Source of the DNA: Vicinamibacteria bacterium
GTDB lineage: Bacteria; Acidobacteriota; Vicinamibacteria; Fen-336
NCBI GenBank assembly: GCA_050246895.1
Contig: JBFWVE010000003.1
Location: 391,240-455,239 of the forward strand
Length of the DNA: 64,000 bases
Direction of reading: 5' to 3'
In this document: in pieces, positions 11,074 to 19,739 of the stretch
How the letters are laid out: every line of letters starts with the position of its first letter
Position numbering within the stretch: position 1 is the stretch's first letter
The notes under the pieces: generated by a model
What the model saw: only the letters and a program-made list of their open reading frames with translations
Database searches by the model: none
Told to the model about the DNA's origin: nothing
Made by a program: the position numbers and the translations under genes

Positions 11074-14000
11074 CACCCCTCCCCCCTCCGCCGCCGAGCG
11101 GCAGCTCGCGCGCGGCGTCGGTGACGGCGTGGATCTTCGCGGCGTGCCCGCTCTGGGCCTCGACCTCGGCGTCGTCCACGAAGCGCACGTCGAGCAGCTC
11201 CGCCACGCGCTGGCCCGTGCGCAGGAAGTTGGCCTCCGCCAGCGCCTGGCTCCAGCCGTACAGCCAAGCGTCGAGGGCCGCGCGCTGCTCGGGGCTGCCC
11301 GAGAAGTGCACCAGCAGGTCGAGGTCGCTCGCGGGCCGCGCGCTGCCGCCGAGCGCGCTGCCGTAGACGTAGACCGCGCGCACGCCGAAGCGCGGGGCGT
11401 CCAGCGAGGCGGCCAGCCGCTCGGCCATGCCGAGTCGCCAGCGCGAGTGGTCGCCGGCCGGCAGCGCCGGAGCGGAGAAGCCGGACACCGCTTCGCCCGA
11501 GGCGTCCGCGGAGACCAGGTAGCCGAGCGCCTCGTCCTGCTCCGCGTTCATGGCTACCCGCAGCAGCTGGCCCTCGGTCGCCCGCGGGATCTCGATCACG
11601 CGCACGACGGGGGCGAGCGCCGCGTGTTCGGGCAGCAGCTCGGCGAGCAGGTTGGGAGCGCCCCGGAAGAACTCCTCGCGGAAGGCGACGCCAGGGTCGT
11701 CGGGATACAGCGGCAGGTAGCGGATCTGCGACTCGACGAGGTCCTGGAAGAAGTGGGTGCCGAAAGAGAGATCAGGCACGTAGTGGCCTCGCTTGCGCGC
11801 GACCTCCACCAATAGCGCGGCGTTCGAGATGTCCGCGTAGGTCACGCCGACGCCGAGCCGGACGTCGCCGCGGCTGCCCCAGCGCCCGGGGCCCAGCAGC
11901 GCGAAACGCCGCTTCGGCAACAGCGCGTTCAGCCGGCCGACCGCGCGGCCGACGCTGCGCAGGTCCTGCAGCGAGGCAATGCCCGCGTAGCCGTCGGGAT
12001 CCACGTAGACGACGTGGCTGAGGTCGGGCAGCCGGCCGTTCGACACGTGCCGGTGCGCCGAGAACAGCACGCGCTCGGCCGGGAGGCCGCGCGGGATCGG
12101 GGCGGGCGCCGCATCGGCCGAGCGGCTCTGCGGCCGGCATTGCACCAGGTAGAGGTCGCGCCCGTCGTGCGCGAACTCGAGATCCACCGGCGTGGCGAGC
12201 GACTCGCGCAGCGCGTCGAGCAGCGCGCGCATGCCAGCCACGAAGGGGCTGCGCGAGACGAGCCCCTCGAAGTCGAAGACGAGCTCCGGGCCCTTGCCGT
12301 CGAGGTCGAGCCAGCCGGCGGGGCGGATGCGCTCGCTCTCGAACACGGAGACGAGCTCCGCGAGCAGCGGGTACGCGGTGCCCACCTCGCGCAGCAGCGC
12401 GGCCACCGGGAGCGTCTCGAAGCCGCCGCCCTCGAGATCGATCACGTCCACCATTCGCGGTGCATAGCGGCGAATGTCCTCGGCCGAGACGTTGACGCGC
12501 AGCCCCGGCTGGCCCGGTGCTACCAGCATCGGGTAGTCGTCCGCCAGCCGGTCGACGGCGCGCGTGCCGAGGCCCGGCACCAGGCGCAGCAGCCCGTCCT
12601 CCCGCCGGATGCGCGGTGACCAGCGCAGCTCGTTGTGGCTGAAGGCGACGCCCGAGAAAGCCGGCAGGAAGTAGCGGCCGACGCGGGTGCCGACCACCTC
12701 CTGGATCATCACGGCCATCTCCTCGTGGTGCTCGAGGAGCCCCCGCTCGCTGCGGTACTGGATGGGGTCGGGGCTGAACGTCGAGGCGTACACCTCGGCG
12801 ATCGCGTCGAGCAGCGCCGCGAGGCGCTCGCGCTTGTCGCCCCGGTTGGCCAGGAACAGGCTCTTGTACTTGCCCGAGAAGGCGGAGCCCGCCCGGTCCT
12901 CGAGCAGGCTCGAGCTGCGCACGATCAGCGGCCGGTCGCCGAGGTCGTCGAGGTCGTCGAGCGCGCGCGCGACGCCGTGCTCGATCTCGGGCGGGAAGCG
13001 CGAGTTCTTGAACAACTGCAGGACGTGCGGGTACTCCTGTCGGATCTGATCGACCTGCCGGTATTTCCAGGTGTAGACCTCGTCGAGATCGTTGTAGGCC
13101 ACGAAGTGCAGGATGCCGTCCGACGGTAGGTACCAGGTGCGCGGGAAGCGCACCTCCGCGTGCACGCCGGCGAGCTCGGGCGAGCGGCGCAGCACCTGGC
13201 GCGCCAGGAAGAGGCCGCTCGCCTTGCCGCCCAGGCGGCCGTGGCTGCGCGGCAGCTGGATCGTGCGCGCGATCAGCTCGAAGAAGTCCTCGACCTCGGC
13301 GAAGCGGCGCACCGCGGCGATCGAGTCCTGCTGCTCGGTCAGCAGGCGGCGCGCGAGCGCGCTCACGAGCCCGACCTGCGTCGCCTGCGGCAGCTCGCGC
13401 GAGTGGACCCCGGTGCGCTGGAAGCGCTCGACGGAGTTGCCGATCTCGACCAGCGAGGTGTAGGGCGTCTCGAGCGCCTGCACGAGGAACTCGACCCGGT
13501 CCTCGCGGATCCAGGCCTGCACCATCGAGAGGATCTCGGCCTCCGGCAGGTGGGTCGCGGCGATGTGGAAGGTGCGCTCGAGACTGGCCTCGTCCTGTGG
13601 CACCGCTCGCGCCAGCGGGCGGTTCTCGTCCTCGGGAGGGCTGCTGGCAGGCGGCTTCGGCGCCAGGCTCGCGAGCAGCTCGCGCGCCTCGGGGGCGCCC
13701 ATCCACGCCAGGTGGTTGAGCAGCCGCCGCGCGATGCGCCGGTAGAGGTTGCGGTCGGTGTTGCGGAGCAGGCCGAGGATCACCTCGACGTTCTCGCCGC
13801 GCCGCGCCGGCGCTTGCGGCGGCGCCAGCGGGCGCGCTTCGCGCCGCGCCAAGTGGTCCGACAGCCGCGCCGCGATGGTGTCGATCAGCCGGCGCTCCTC
13901 TTTCAGGAAGGGCCCCTCGTCGGCCGGCGGGAACCCGTGGACGTAGGTCGCCGTCACCACGCCGGCACGCCGGCCGGCCAGCACGATCGGCGCCGAAAGC

Positions 14001-14257
14001 TCCCACGGCGTCTCGACGAACTCGGGCGAGGTCCAGCTGCGCCCGCCCAGCGTGATGCGAGCCTGGCATGCGCCCGGGTGCTGCCAGCCCGGGGGAATGG
14101 CCTCCAGCACGCCCTGCAGCACCTCCTCGAGGGGGCGCTCCGGGTCGCGCAAGTGCTCCTCGACGCGATAGAGGCAGCTCAGCTCCTTGGCGCGCTCCTG
14201 CAGCGCCCACAGCACGCGGTCGAGCGGCTGGCCGCTGTCGTCCTGCGCGCTCGTCAT
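11051..14257 (-). CDS. Multidomain protein: N-terminal sensor-like (GAF/PAS-like) domain, PPDK_N-type ATP-grasp domain, conserved C-terminal domain (GPGRWGSRGDVRLGVGV...LSFGTHFFQDL), and a C-terminal pol-beta-superfamily minimal nucleotidyltransferase. The start is the ATG of MTSAQDD..., which overlaps the stop of the upstream gene as ATGA.
   Basis: PPDK_N motifs RLGGKASGLFLARQVL, LIVRSSSLLED, EMAVMIQEVVG. Nucleotidyltransferase motif VYVYGSALGGSARPASDLDLLVHF (GS-x9-DxD). The 5' 1.4 kb of the listed 1537-aa ORF overlaps the next gene in another frame and is RG-rich, so I treat it as spurious. Confidence 0.75.
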   Translation of the reverse strand: MTSAQDDSGQPLDRVLWALQERAKELSCLYRVEEHLRDPERPLEEVLQGVLEAIPPGWQHPGACQARITLGGRSWTSPEFVETPWELSAPIVLAGRRAGVVTATYVHGFPPADEGPFLKEERRLIDTIAARLSDHLARREARPLAPPQAPARRGENVEVILGLLRNTDRNLYRRIARRLLNHLAWMGAPEARELLASLAPKPPASSPPEDENRPLARAVPQDEASLERTFHIAATHLPEAEILSMVQAWIREDRVEFLVQALETPYTSLVEIGNSVERFQRTGVHSRELPQATQVGLVSALARRLLTEQQDSIAAVRRFAEVEDFFELIARTIQLPRSHGRLGGKASGLFLARQVLRRSPELAGVHAEVRFPRTWYLPSDGILHFVAYNDLDEVYTWKYRQVDQIRQEYPHVLQLFKNSRFPPEIEHGVARALDDLDDLGDRPLIVRSSSLLEDRAGSAFSGKYKSLFLANRGDKRERLAALLDAIAEVYASTFSPDPIQYRSERGLLEHHEEMAVMIQEVVGTRVGRYFLPAFSGVAFSHNELRWSPRIRREDGLLRLVPGLGTRAVDRLADDYPMLVAPGQPGLRVNVSAEDIRRYAPRMVDVIDLEGGGFETLPVAALLREVGTAYPLLAELVSVFESERIRPAGWLDLDGKGPELVFDFEGLVSRSPFVAGMRALLDALRESLATPVDLEFAHDGRDLYLVQCRPQSRSADAAPAPIPRGLPAERVLFSAHRHVSNGRLPDLSHVVYVDPDGYAGIASLQDLRSVGRAVGRLNALLPKRRFALLGPGRWGSRGDVRLGVGVTYADISNAALLVEVARKRGHYVPDLSFGTHFFQDLVESQIRYLPLYPDDPGVAFREEFFRGAPNLLAELLPEHAALAPVVRVIEIPRATEGQLLRVAMNAEQDEALGYLVSADASGEAVSGFSAPALPAGDHSRWRLGMAERLAASLDAPRFGVRAVYVYGSALGGSARPASDLDLLVHFSGSPEQRAALDAWLYGWSQALAEANFLRTGQRVAELLDVRFVDDAEVEAQSGHAAKIHAVTDAARELPLGGGGGRGVRGGGAA

Positions 14258-15981
14258 GGGGCCCCCCTCAGGATCAGGCCGCGACCGCTGCGGGCGTCGA
14301 CGCGCACCTCGAAGGCCCGATCGGCGCGCCCGTGGACCACGTGCTCGGTCTCGGCCTGTCGCGGGAGCGCCTCGAGCCAATCCCAGTCGACGCGCGAGCC
14401 GCCGCGCCGCGTGACGCTCAGATAGGCGACGCCGAAGCTCAGCAGGTTGTGGAAGAAGTGCGAGCCCTGGCTCGGCTCCACCTCCAGATCCGGCAGCCCG
14501 GCCTCGACGATCACGCGCGCCGAGGCGACGTCGCCCCAGGCGACCGGGATGCCCAGCCAGGGGTCGGCCGAGCCCCAGCGTCCGAACCCGATCAGCACGC
14601 AGGCGCGCCCAGCGGCCAGCAGGCCCGCGTTCAGCCGCTCGATCTCGCTCGCGACCTCGCGCATCTTCGCACGCTCGAAGCCCTGGCGCTTCACGAACAG
14701 CACGTCGCGCAGGTCCGGGTAGCGGCCGTGGCCGACGGCGCCGGTCGCCGCCACCACCGCGCGCGGGTCGCCGAGGTCCTGCTCGCCGACCGGCTCGGGT
14801 TCGGCGCCGGTTCCCATCGGGCGCACCTGCAGGAAGCCGAGCCGCGCGCGCTCGGGCTCGATGGTGAGCGCGAGCTCGATCTCGACCGGCGCGCCCGCCC
14901 GAGCCTCGAACAGGCGCAGCAGGCCGTCCACGGCCTCGTGCAGCGGGAAGTCGGGGAACTCGCGCAGGGGCGCGAAATCGACGACCGGGCTGCCGCCGCG
15001 GCCGAGGCCGGGCGTCAGCCGGCCGGAGGCCGGGTCGTAGCTCGAGGCCACGGCCCCGAGCGTACCGTCGTCGGCCGCCAGCGTCAGGGGGCACTCGAGC
15101 AGGTACTCGGTCTCGGCCATCGGGTCCCAGTCCACCGGCTCGCCCATGTTGACCGCCCAGAAGCTGCGCTGCGCCGCGTCGAGGCGCTCGGCCGGCGTCG
15201 CGTAGGGCGGCACGGCGCGCGGATAGCGCGGGCAGTAGGTCCAGCAGCGGCCGCCGTCGACGATCGTCTTGCCGAGACCGAGCGCAAGGCTCGCCACCCC
15301 GTCCTCGGGTCGCGCGGGGCCGATCGGGTAGAAGCCGAGCGAGCGCGCGACCAGCGAGACGTCGGGATAGAAACGCGAGCCGTGCCGGCGGCCGACGACC
15401 TCCTGGACTACCACCGCCATCTTCTCGTCCGGCACGCCGCTGCCGAGCGCCGCCCGATACGCGCGGGCGGCTCGGAAGAACGTGGACGCGTAGACGAACT
15501 TGACCGCCTCGATCAACTTGCGAAAGCGCGTCTCGGCGCTCGACTGGTCGTTCGGCGTCAGCTTCGTCTCGTAGACGCCGGCGAAAGGGTGCGCCAGCGC
15601 GTCCTCGAGCCGGCTCGAGGAGCGGACCGCGAGAGGACGCGTGACGCCCGCCACCAGGGCCCACAGATCGCCCACGACCTCGGGCGGCAGCTCGGCCCGC
15701 TGGAACAGGAGCGCGATGCGGTGGTCCGGCAGCTCCGCCAGCTCAGCCTCGAGCAGGCCGCTGCGCTGCACGAACGAGTCGAAGACGTCGGTGCCGATCA
15801 CGGTGAGCGTCGGCACGTCGACCCCGAGCCGGCCGAGGCGCCTCGCCTCGCCGAAGCCCGCCAGCGCGCCGCGCGCCGCCTGCAGGCCTGCCGCCTTCCC
15901 GCCCACCTCCCCGGTCCCGATCGCGCTCAGAGGCTCGCCGGACCCGAAGAAGCGGCGCGGGAAGCGCGGCAGCGCGCTCAC
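14254..15981 (-). CDS. Stand-alone PPDK_N-type ATP-grasp protein with the same conserved C-terminal domain (paralog of the two preceding proteins). The likely GTG start overlaps the gdh stop as GTGA.
   Basis: Motifs GGKAAGLQAARGAL, LAVRSSSRLED, KMAVVVQEVVG, IGFGRWGSADPWLGIPVAWGDV, PSQGSHFFHNL. There is no ATG in frame; a GTG sits at 15981 immediately after the upstream stop. The rest of the listed 913-aa ORF overlaps gdh in another frame and is spurious. Confidence 0.7.
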   Translation of the reverse strand: MSALPRFPRRFFGSGEPLSAIGTGEVGGKAAGLQAARGALAGFGEARRLGRLGVDVPTLTVIGTDVFDSFVQRSGLLEAELAELPDHRIALLFQRAELPPEVVGDLWALVAGVTRPLAVRSSSRLEDALAHPFAGVYETKLTPNDQSSAETRFRKLIEAVKFVYASTFFRAARAYRAALGSGVPDEKMAVVVQEVVGRRHGSRFYPDVSLVARSLGFYPIGPARPEDGVASLALGLGKTIVDGGRCWTYCPRYPRAVPPYATPAERLDAAQRSFWAVNMGEPVDWDPMAETEYLLECPLTLAADDGTLGAVASSYDPASGRLTPGLGRGGSPVVDFAPLREFPDFPLHEAVDGLLRLFEARAGAPVEIELALTIEPERARLGFLQVRPMGTGAEPEPVGEQDLGDPRAVVAATGAVGHGRYPDLRDVLFVKRQGFERAKMREVASEIERLNAGLLAAGRACVLIGFGRWGSADPWLGIPVAWGDVASARVIVEAGLPDLEVEPSQGSHFFHNLLSFGVAYLSVTRRGGSRVDWDWLEALPRQAETEHVVHGRADRAFEVRVDARSGRGLILRGAP

Positions 15982-17258
15982 ACCCAGCCGCGCTCCCGGC
16001 AGGCCTGCGCCACCCGGCTGATCGCGATCACGTAGGCAGCGTCGCGCATCGGCAGCTTGCGCCGATCCGCCAGCTCGTGGACGGCGTGGAACGCCGAGGT
16101 CATCTTCACGTCGAGCTTGGCCAGGACCTCGTCCTTCTCCCAATAGTAGTTCGTGTTGCTCTGGACCTGCTCGAAGTAGCTGCAGGTCACACCACCGGCG
16201 TTGGCCAGGAAGTCGGGGATCACGTAGATCCCGCGCTGGCGCAGCACGGCGTCGCCGTCCGTGGTGGTCGGGCCGTTGGCGCCCTCGGCGATGATCTTCA
16301 CGCTGCCCGCGATGCGGCGGGCGCTCTCGCCGTCGATCTGGTTCTCGAGCGCCGCGGGGACCAGGATCTCGACCGGCTCCGCCAGCCAGGCGTCGCCGGG
16401 CAGCACCTCGTAGCCCAGCTCGCGCGCCTTCTCCTTGTCGATGCCGCCGAAGCGGTCGGCGATCCCGACCAGCGCGTCGGCGTCGACGCCGTCCTGCTTG
16501 CGGAACGAGTAGGCGCGCTGGTCCTGCTGGTCCCAGCAGGAGACGCAGGAGACCTTGCCGCCGATCCGCTGGAACAACCGGATCGCGTACTGCGCGACGT
16601 TGCCGAAGCCCTGCACGCTGGCCCGCGCGCCCTCGGGCTTGAGGTCCAGCTCGCGAAGCGCCTCGCGCAGGGCGAAGACGACGCCGTAGCCCGTGGCCTC
16701 GGTGCGCCCGAGCGAGCCGCCCATGCCGACCGGCTTGCCGGTGATGAAGCCCGGGAAGTGCCCGCCGCGGATGTGCTCGTACTCGTCGAGCATCCACAGC
16801 ATGTGCTGGGCGTTCGTCATCACGTCGGGCGCTGGCACGTCCGCCACCGGGCCCACGTTGCGGGCGATCTGGCGAACCCAGCCGCGGCACAGCTGCTCCT
16901 GCTCGCGCGGGCTCAGGTTGTGCGGGTCGCAGATGATGCCGCCCTTGGCGCCTCCGAGCGGAATGTCCACCACGGCGCACTTCCAGGTCATCCACATCGC
17001 CAGCGCGCGCACGGTGTCGAGCGTCTCCTGCGGATGGAAGCGGATGCCCCCCTTGCTCGGTCCGCGCGCATCGGAGTGCTGCACCCGGAAGCCGCGAAAC
17101 ACGTGCACGTTGCCGCCGTCCATGCGCACCGGTATCGCGAACGAGTACTCACGCAGGGGCCAGCGCAGCAACTCTCGCGACGCGGGGTCGAGCCCGAGCA
17201 GCTCCGCGACGTGGTCGAACTGGGCCTGGGCGATCTCGAACGAGTTGTAGGACTTCAT
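15978..17258 (-). CDS. gdh: Glutamate dehydrogenase, Bacillus/archaeal ~425-aa type (Glu/Leu/Phe/Val dehydrogenase family). The start is taken at MKSYNSFEIAQAQF.
   Basis: Motifs PLGGAKGGIICDPHNLS, GVTCSYFEQVQ and GFGNVAQYA. The upstream 37-aa extension in the ORF track is Arg-rich and unlikely. Confidence 0.85.
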   Translation of the reverse strand: MKSYNSFEIAQAQFDHVAELLGLDPASRELLRWPLREYSFAIPVRMDGGNVHVFRGFRVQHSDARGPSKGGIRFHPQETLDTVRALAMWMTWKCAVVDIPLGGAKGGIICDPHNLSPREQEQLCRGWVRQIARNVGPVADVPAPDVMTNAQHMLWMLDEYEHIRGGHFPGFITGKPVGMGGSLGRTEATGYGVVFALREALRELDLKPEGARASVQGFGNVAQYAIRLFQRIGGKVSCVSCWDQQDQRAYSFRKQDGVDADALVGIADRFGGIDKEKARELGYEVLPGDAWLAEPVEILVPAALENQIDGESARRIAGSVKIIAEGANGPTTTDGDAVLRQRGIYVIPDFLANAGGVTCSYFEQVQSNTNYYWEKDEVLAKLDVKMTSAFHAVHELADRRKLPMRDAAYVIAISRVAQACRERGWV

Positions 17259-17354
17259 GGTCGTGTGGCTCCTTCGTGGCGACGCGCGGCGGCGCCCGCT
17301 CGCGATCCGTCTCAGGGGCGCCTGGGCGCCGGAGCGCCTCCCGTGGCGGCTCCA

Positions 17355-17407
17355 TGCTAGGACTAGCAAGGCTGGTGCCTTGGCCGCCTGAGCCCGATGG
17401 CTCAGGC
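17355..17407. promoter_or_regulatory. Divergent gdh/uspA regulatory region containing a palindrome TGCTAG-ga-CTAGCA (17355-17368) and a 9-bp-arm hairpin GCCTGAGCC-cgat-GGCTCAGGC (17386-17407).
   Basis: The inverted repeats were read directly. They sit about 50-100 bp upstream of the uspA ATG (which has an AGGAGG Shine-Dalgarno) and about 100-150 bp upstream of the gdh start on the other strand. Confidence 0.35.
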
Positions 17408-17458
17408 CGGGCCTGCCGGCGCGCGCTTTGCAGCGACCGGGGCCAGAGGAGGTGGCGC

Positions 17459-17920
17459 ATGATCGTCCTGAAGCGCATCCTCGTCCCCACGGACTTCTCG
17501 GAGCCTTCCGAGCGCGCGCTCGACTACGCCCGGGCGCTGGCGCCCGCCCTGGGCTGCTCGCTGGACGTCCTCCACGTGATCGAAGAGCCTTTCGTCCACG
17601 GCTGGACCGTCGAGGGCTACGTGGCCAACCTCCCCGAGTTTCGCCGCTCTCTCGAGGCCCGAGCGCGCGAGGAGCTGGCGAAGGCGGTTCCCGAGGCCGG
17701 CGAGGAGCACTCGCGCTACTGCGTTGCCGTCCGCTTCGGCAATCCCTTCACCGAGATCGCCCGCTACGCCGAGGAGGCGCGCATCGATCTCGTGGTGATG
17801 GGCACCCATGGCCGCGGCGGCGTCGCGCATCTGCTGCTCGGCAGCGTCGCCGAGCGCGTGGTGCGCACGGCGCCCTGCCCGGTGCTGACGGTGCGCGCGC
17901 CTCGCCCGGTGAAGCCGTGA
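17459..17920 (+). CDS. uspA: Universal stress protein (UspA family)
   Basis: MIVLKRILVPTDFSEPSERALDYA...DLVVMGTHGRGGVAHLLLGSVAERVVRTAPCPVLTV. There is an AGGAGG 7 nt upstream of the ATG. Confidence 0.85.
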   Translation: MIVLKRILVPTDFSEPSERALDYARALAPALGCSLDVLHVIEEPFVHGWTVEGYVANLPEFRRSLEARAREELAKAVPEAGEEHSRYCVAVRFGNPFTEIARYAEEARIDLVVMGTHGRGGVAHLLLGSVAERVVRTAPCPVLTVRAPRPVKP

Positions 17921-17943
17921 AGGCCGCGGCGCTGGGCTCGCTG

Positions 17944-18402
17944 ATGGCCGGGGCCCGGGCCGAGCTGGCGCAGGCCGTCTCCGAGCGGCTGGGCTCGAGC
18001 GACACGCCCCACTACCGCGCGCTCACGAGCGACGAGCTGCGCTCCCGCGTCGCGCAACTGGTGGAGGCCTTCGTCGGGGGCTTCACGGACCCGGAGGCGC
18101 TCGGGCTGCACGTGCGCCAGCTCGCCGACGAACGCCAGCACGAAGGCTTCCGCCTGGAAGAGCTGCAGGTCGCGCTGAGCGCCCTGGAAGAGTGCGCCTG
18201 GCGCGTCGCCGAGCGCGCGGTCACCGACGTCGCGGTCCTGGTCCCGCGCCTGGCCGCCGTCAGCGGCAGCCTGGGCCGTGCCAAGGACGAGCTGGCCCGC
18301 GCCTTCCTCGACCGCTCCCTCGCCGCCGAACGCCACGCCAAAGCCCTCGAGCTCCGCCTCGCCGACCTGTTCAAGGGCACGGAAGAAGCGCCGATCGATT
18401 GA
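17944..18402 (+). CDS. Hypothetical alpha-helical protein (~150 aa) directly following uspA. A GTG start near 17912 is also possible.
   Basis: Its composition is non-RG-rich and protein-like (…LEELQVALSALEECAWRVAERAV…), and it is co-directional and contiguous with uspA. I recognised no domain. Confidence 0.4.
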   Translation: MAGARAELAQAVSERLGSSDTPHYRALTSDELRSRVAQLVEAFVGGFTDPEALGLHVRQLADERQHEGFRLEELQVALSALEECAWRVAERAVTDVAVLVPRLAAVSGSLGRAKDELARAFLDRSLAAERHAKALELRLADLFKGTEEAPID

Positions 18403-18413
18403 GCCGGGGGGCT

Positions 18414-18662
18414 CGCAGACGCAGCGGGTCGCGACGCCCCGCCAGGTCGCGGCGCGACCCGCGAGTGATTTCCCCTCCCCCGTATGTGGGGAGGGGATAG
18501 GGGTGGGGGGTCGATGATGACGCAGGCTTGTGCGTGCGGTTGGGGGCCCGCAGACGCAGCGGGTCGCGACGCCCCTTCAGGTCGCGGCGCGACCCGCGAG
18601 TGATTCCCCCTCCCCCGTATGTGGGGAGGGGATAGGGGTGGGGGGTCGATGATGACGCAGGC
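18414..18662. repeat. Tandem direct repeat of a 114-bp intergenic element (copy 1 at 18414-18527, copy 2 at 18549-18662, with 3 mismatches and a 21-bp spacer). Each copy contains two strong hairpins: GGGTCGCG…CGCGACCC and CCCCTCCCC-gtatgt-GGGGAGGGG.
   Basis: Read directly from the sequence. It lies between convergent genes (hypothetical + and hypB −). The 114-aa ORF through it (18371..18715 −) translates the repeat (…STPHPYPLPTYGGG… twice) and is spurious. Confidence 0.85.
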
Positions 18663-19391
18663 CTAGTGCCCGTGGCTGTGCGCGTGCGCGTGCACGTCCT
18701 TGGCTTGAGCGGCACGCTTCGCCTCGAGCCAGGCGACGAACGCGTCGATGCCGGCGCCGGTCGTCGCCGAGACGTGCAGCGCCTCGAAGCACGGCATCAC
18801 CCGGCGCAGCGAGTCCTCGTAGGCGGCGAGCGAGATGCCCGGCAGGTGCGGCAGCAGGTCGATCTTCGTCAGCAGCACGAGGTCGGCCCCATGGAACATC
18901 GCGGGGTACTTGAGGGGCTTGTCGACGCCCTCGGTCATCGACAGCGCGACCACGTTGGCCGCCTGGCCCAGGTCGTACACCGCCGGGCAGACCAGGTTGC
19001 CGACGTTCTCGACGAACAGCAGGTCCAGCGAGCGCGAGTCGAAGCGGTGCAGCGCCTCGTGCACCATGTCGGCGTCGAGATGGCAGGCGGAGCCGGTGGT
19101 GATCGCCAGCGAGGGCACGCCGGCGGCGCGCAGGCGGTCCGCGTCGTTCTCGGTCGCGAGGTCGCCGGCCAGCGCTCCCAGCCGGCGGCGGCCGGCGAGG
19201 CGCCGAGCGACCGCCTCCAGCACGGCCGTCTTGCCGGATCCCGGCGAGCCCATCAGGTTGACGGCCAGCACGCCCTGCTCGCGGAAGTGCGCGCGGTTGT
19301 GCGCGGCCTGGCGATCGTTGGCGGCCAGCACGCGCTCCTGCACCTCGACGGGCACGATCTTCGTGTCGCCGCAGCCGCACGTATCGCACAT
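18663..19391 (-). CDS. hypB: Hydrogenase nickel incorporation GTPase HypB. The start is the internal Met MCDTCGCGD, whose ATG overlaps the hypA stop.
   Basis: N-terminal CxxCGC metal site, P-loop GSPGSGKT, and a C-terminal His-rich tail HAHAHSHGH. Confidence 0.9.
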   Translation of the reverse strand: MCDTCGCGDTKIVPVEVQERVLAANDRQAAHNRAHFREQGVLAVNLMGSPGSGKTAVLEAVARRLAGRRRLGALAGDLATENDADRLRAAGVPSLAITTGSACHLDADMVHEALHRFDSRSLDLLFVENVGNLVCPAVYDLGQAANVVALSMTEGVDKPLKYPAMFHGADLVLLTKIDLLPHLPGISLAAYEDSLRRVMPCFEALHVSATTGAGIDAFVAWLEAKRAAQAKDVHAHAHSHGH

Positions 19392-19732
19392 CACGCCACC
19401 TCCAGCTCCAGACGCTCCAGCAGGATCTCGTCGCCCGACACGAGCCGGGCCGCCTCGCCGCAGGCCGGGCAGCGCAGCGGCCCGCCCGTCGCGATCTCGG
19501 CGCCGCAGGCGCGGCAGGCCCAGCGAGCCTTCACGCTGACGACGCGCAGCTCGGCGTTCTCGCACACCGTCTTCGCGCGGAACAGGTCGTAGGCCGTCTT
19601 CAGCAGGCCGACCTCGACGCCCGACAGCTCGCCGATGCGCAGCTCGAGCGCGTGCACGGCGCTCGCCTGGTGCTTGCGCGCCTGTTGCTCCACCTGCGTC
19701 ACCAGTGCCTGGACGATCGAGTACTCGTGCAC
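19391..19732 (-). CDS. hypA: Hydrogenase nickel insertion protein HypA
   Basis: MHEYSIVQALV… and a C-terminal zinc site CRACG…CPACG. Confidence 0.9.
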   Translation of the reverse strand: MHEYSIVQALVTQVEQQARKHQASAVHALELRIGELSGVEVGLLKTAYDLFRAKTVCENAELRVVSVKARWACRACGAEIATGGPLRCPACGEAARLVSGDEILLERLELEVA

Positions 19733-19739
19733 GGGCGCC

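Noticed and set aside
14258-15664. 5' 1.4 kb of the listed 1537-aa ORF
   Set aside because: It overlaps the PPDK_N-only gene in a different frame, is RG/RP-rich with no domain, and the real protein begins at the ATG of MTSAQDD (14257), which overlaps the upstream stop.
15982-16995. 5' extension of the listed 913-aa ORF
   Set aside because: It overlaps the glutamate dehydrogenase gene out of frame. The PPDK_N homology starts only after the gdh stop.
18414-18662. Possible CRISPR array
   Set aside because: There are only two repeat units of 114 bp with a 21-bp spacer and no cas genes; the unit is a hairpin-containing REP-like element, not a CRISPR repeat.
18371-18715. 114-aa ORF translating the tandem repeat
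   Set aside because: Its sequence is simply the two repeat copies translated (duplicated peptide), and hairpin-rich intergenic DNA is not coding.
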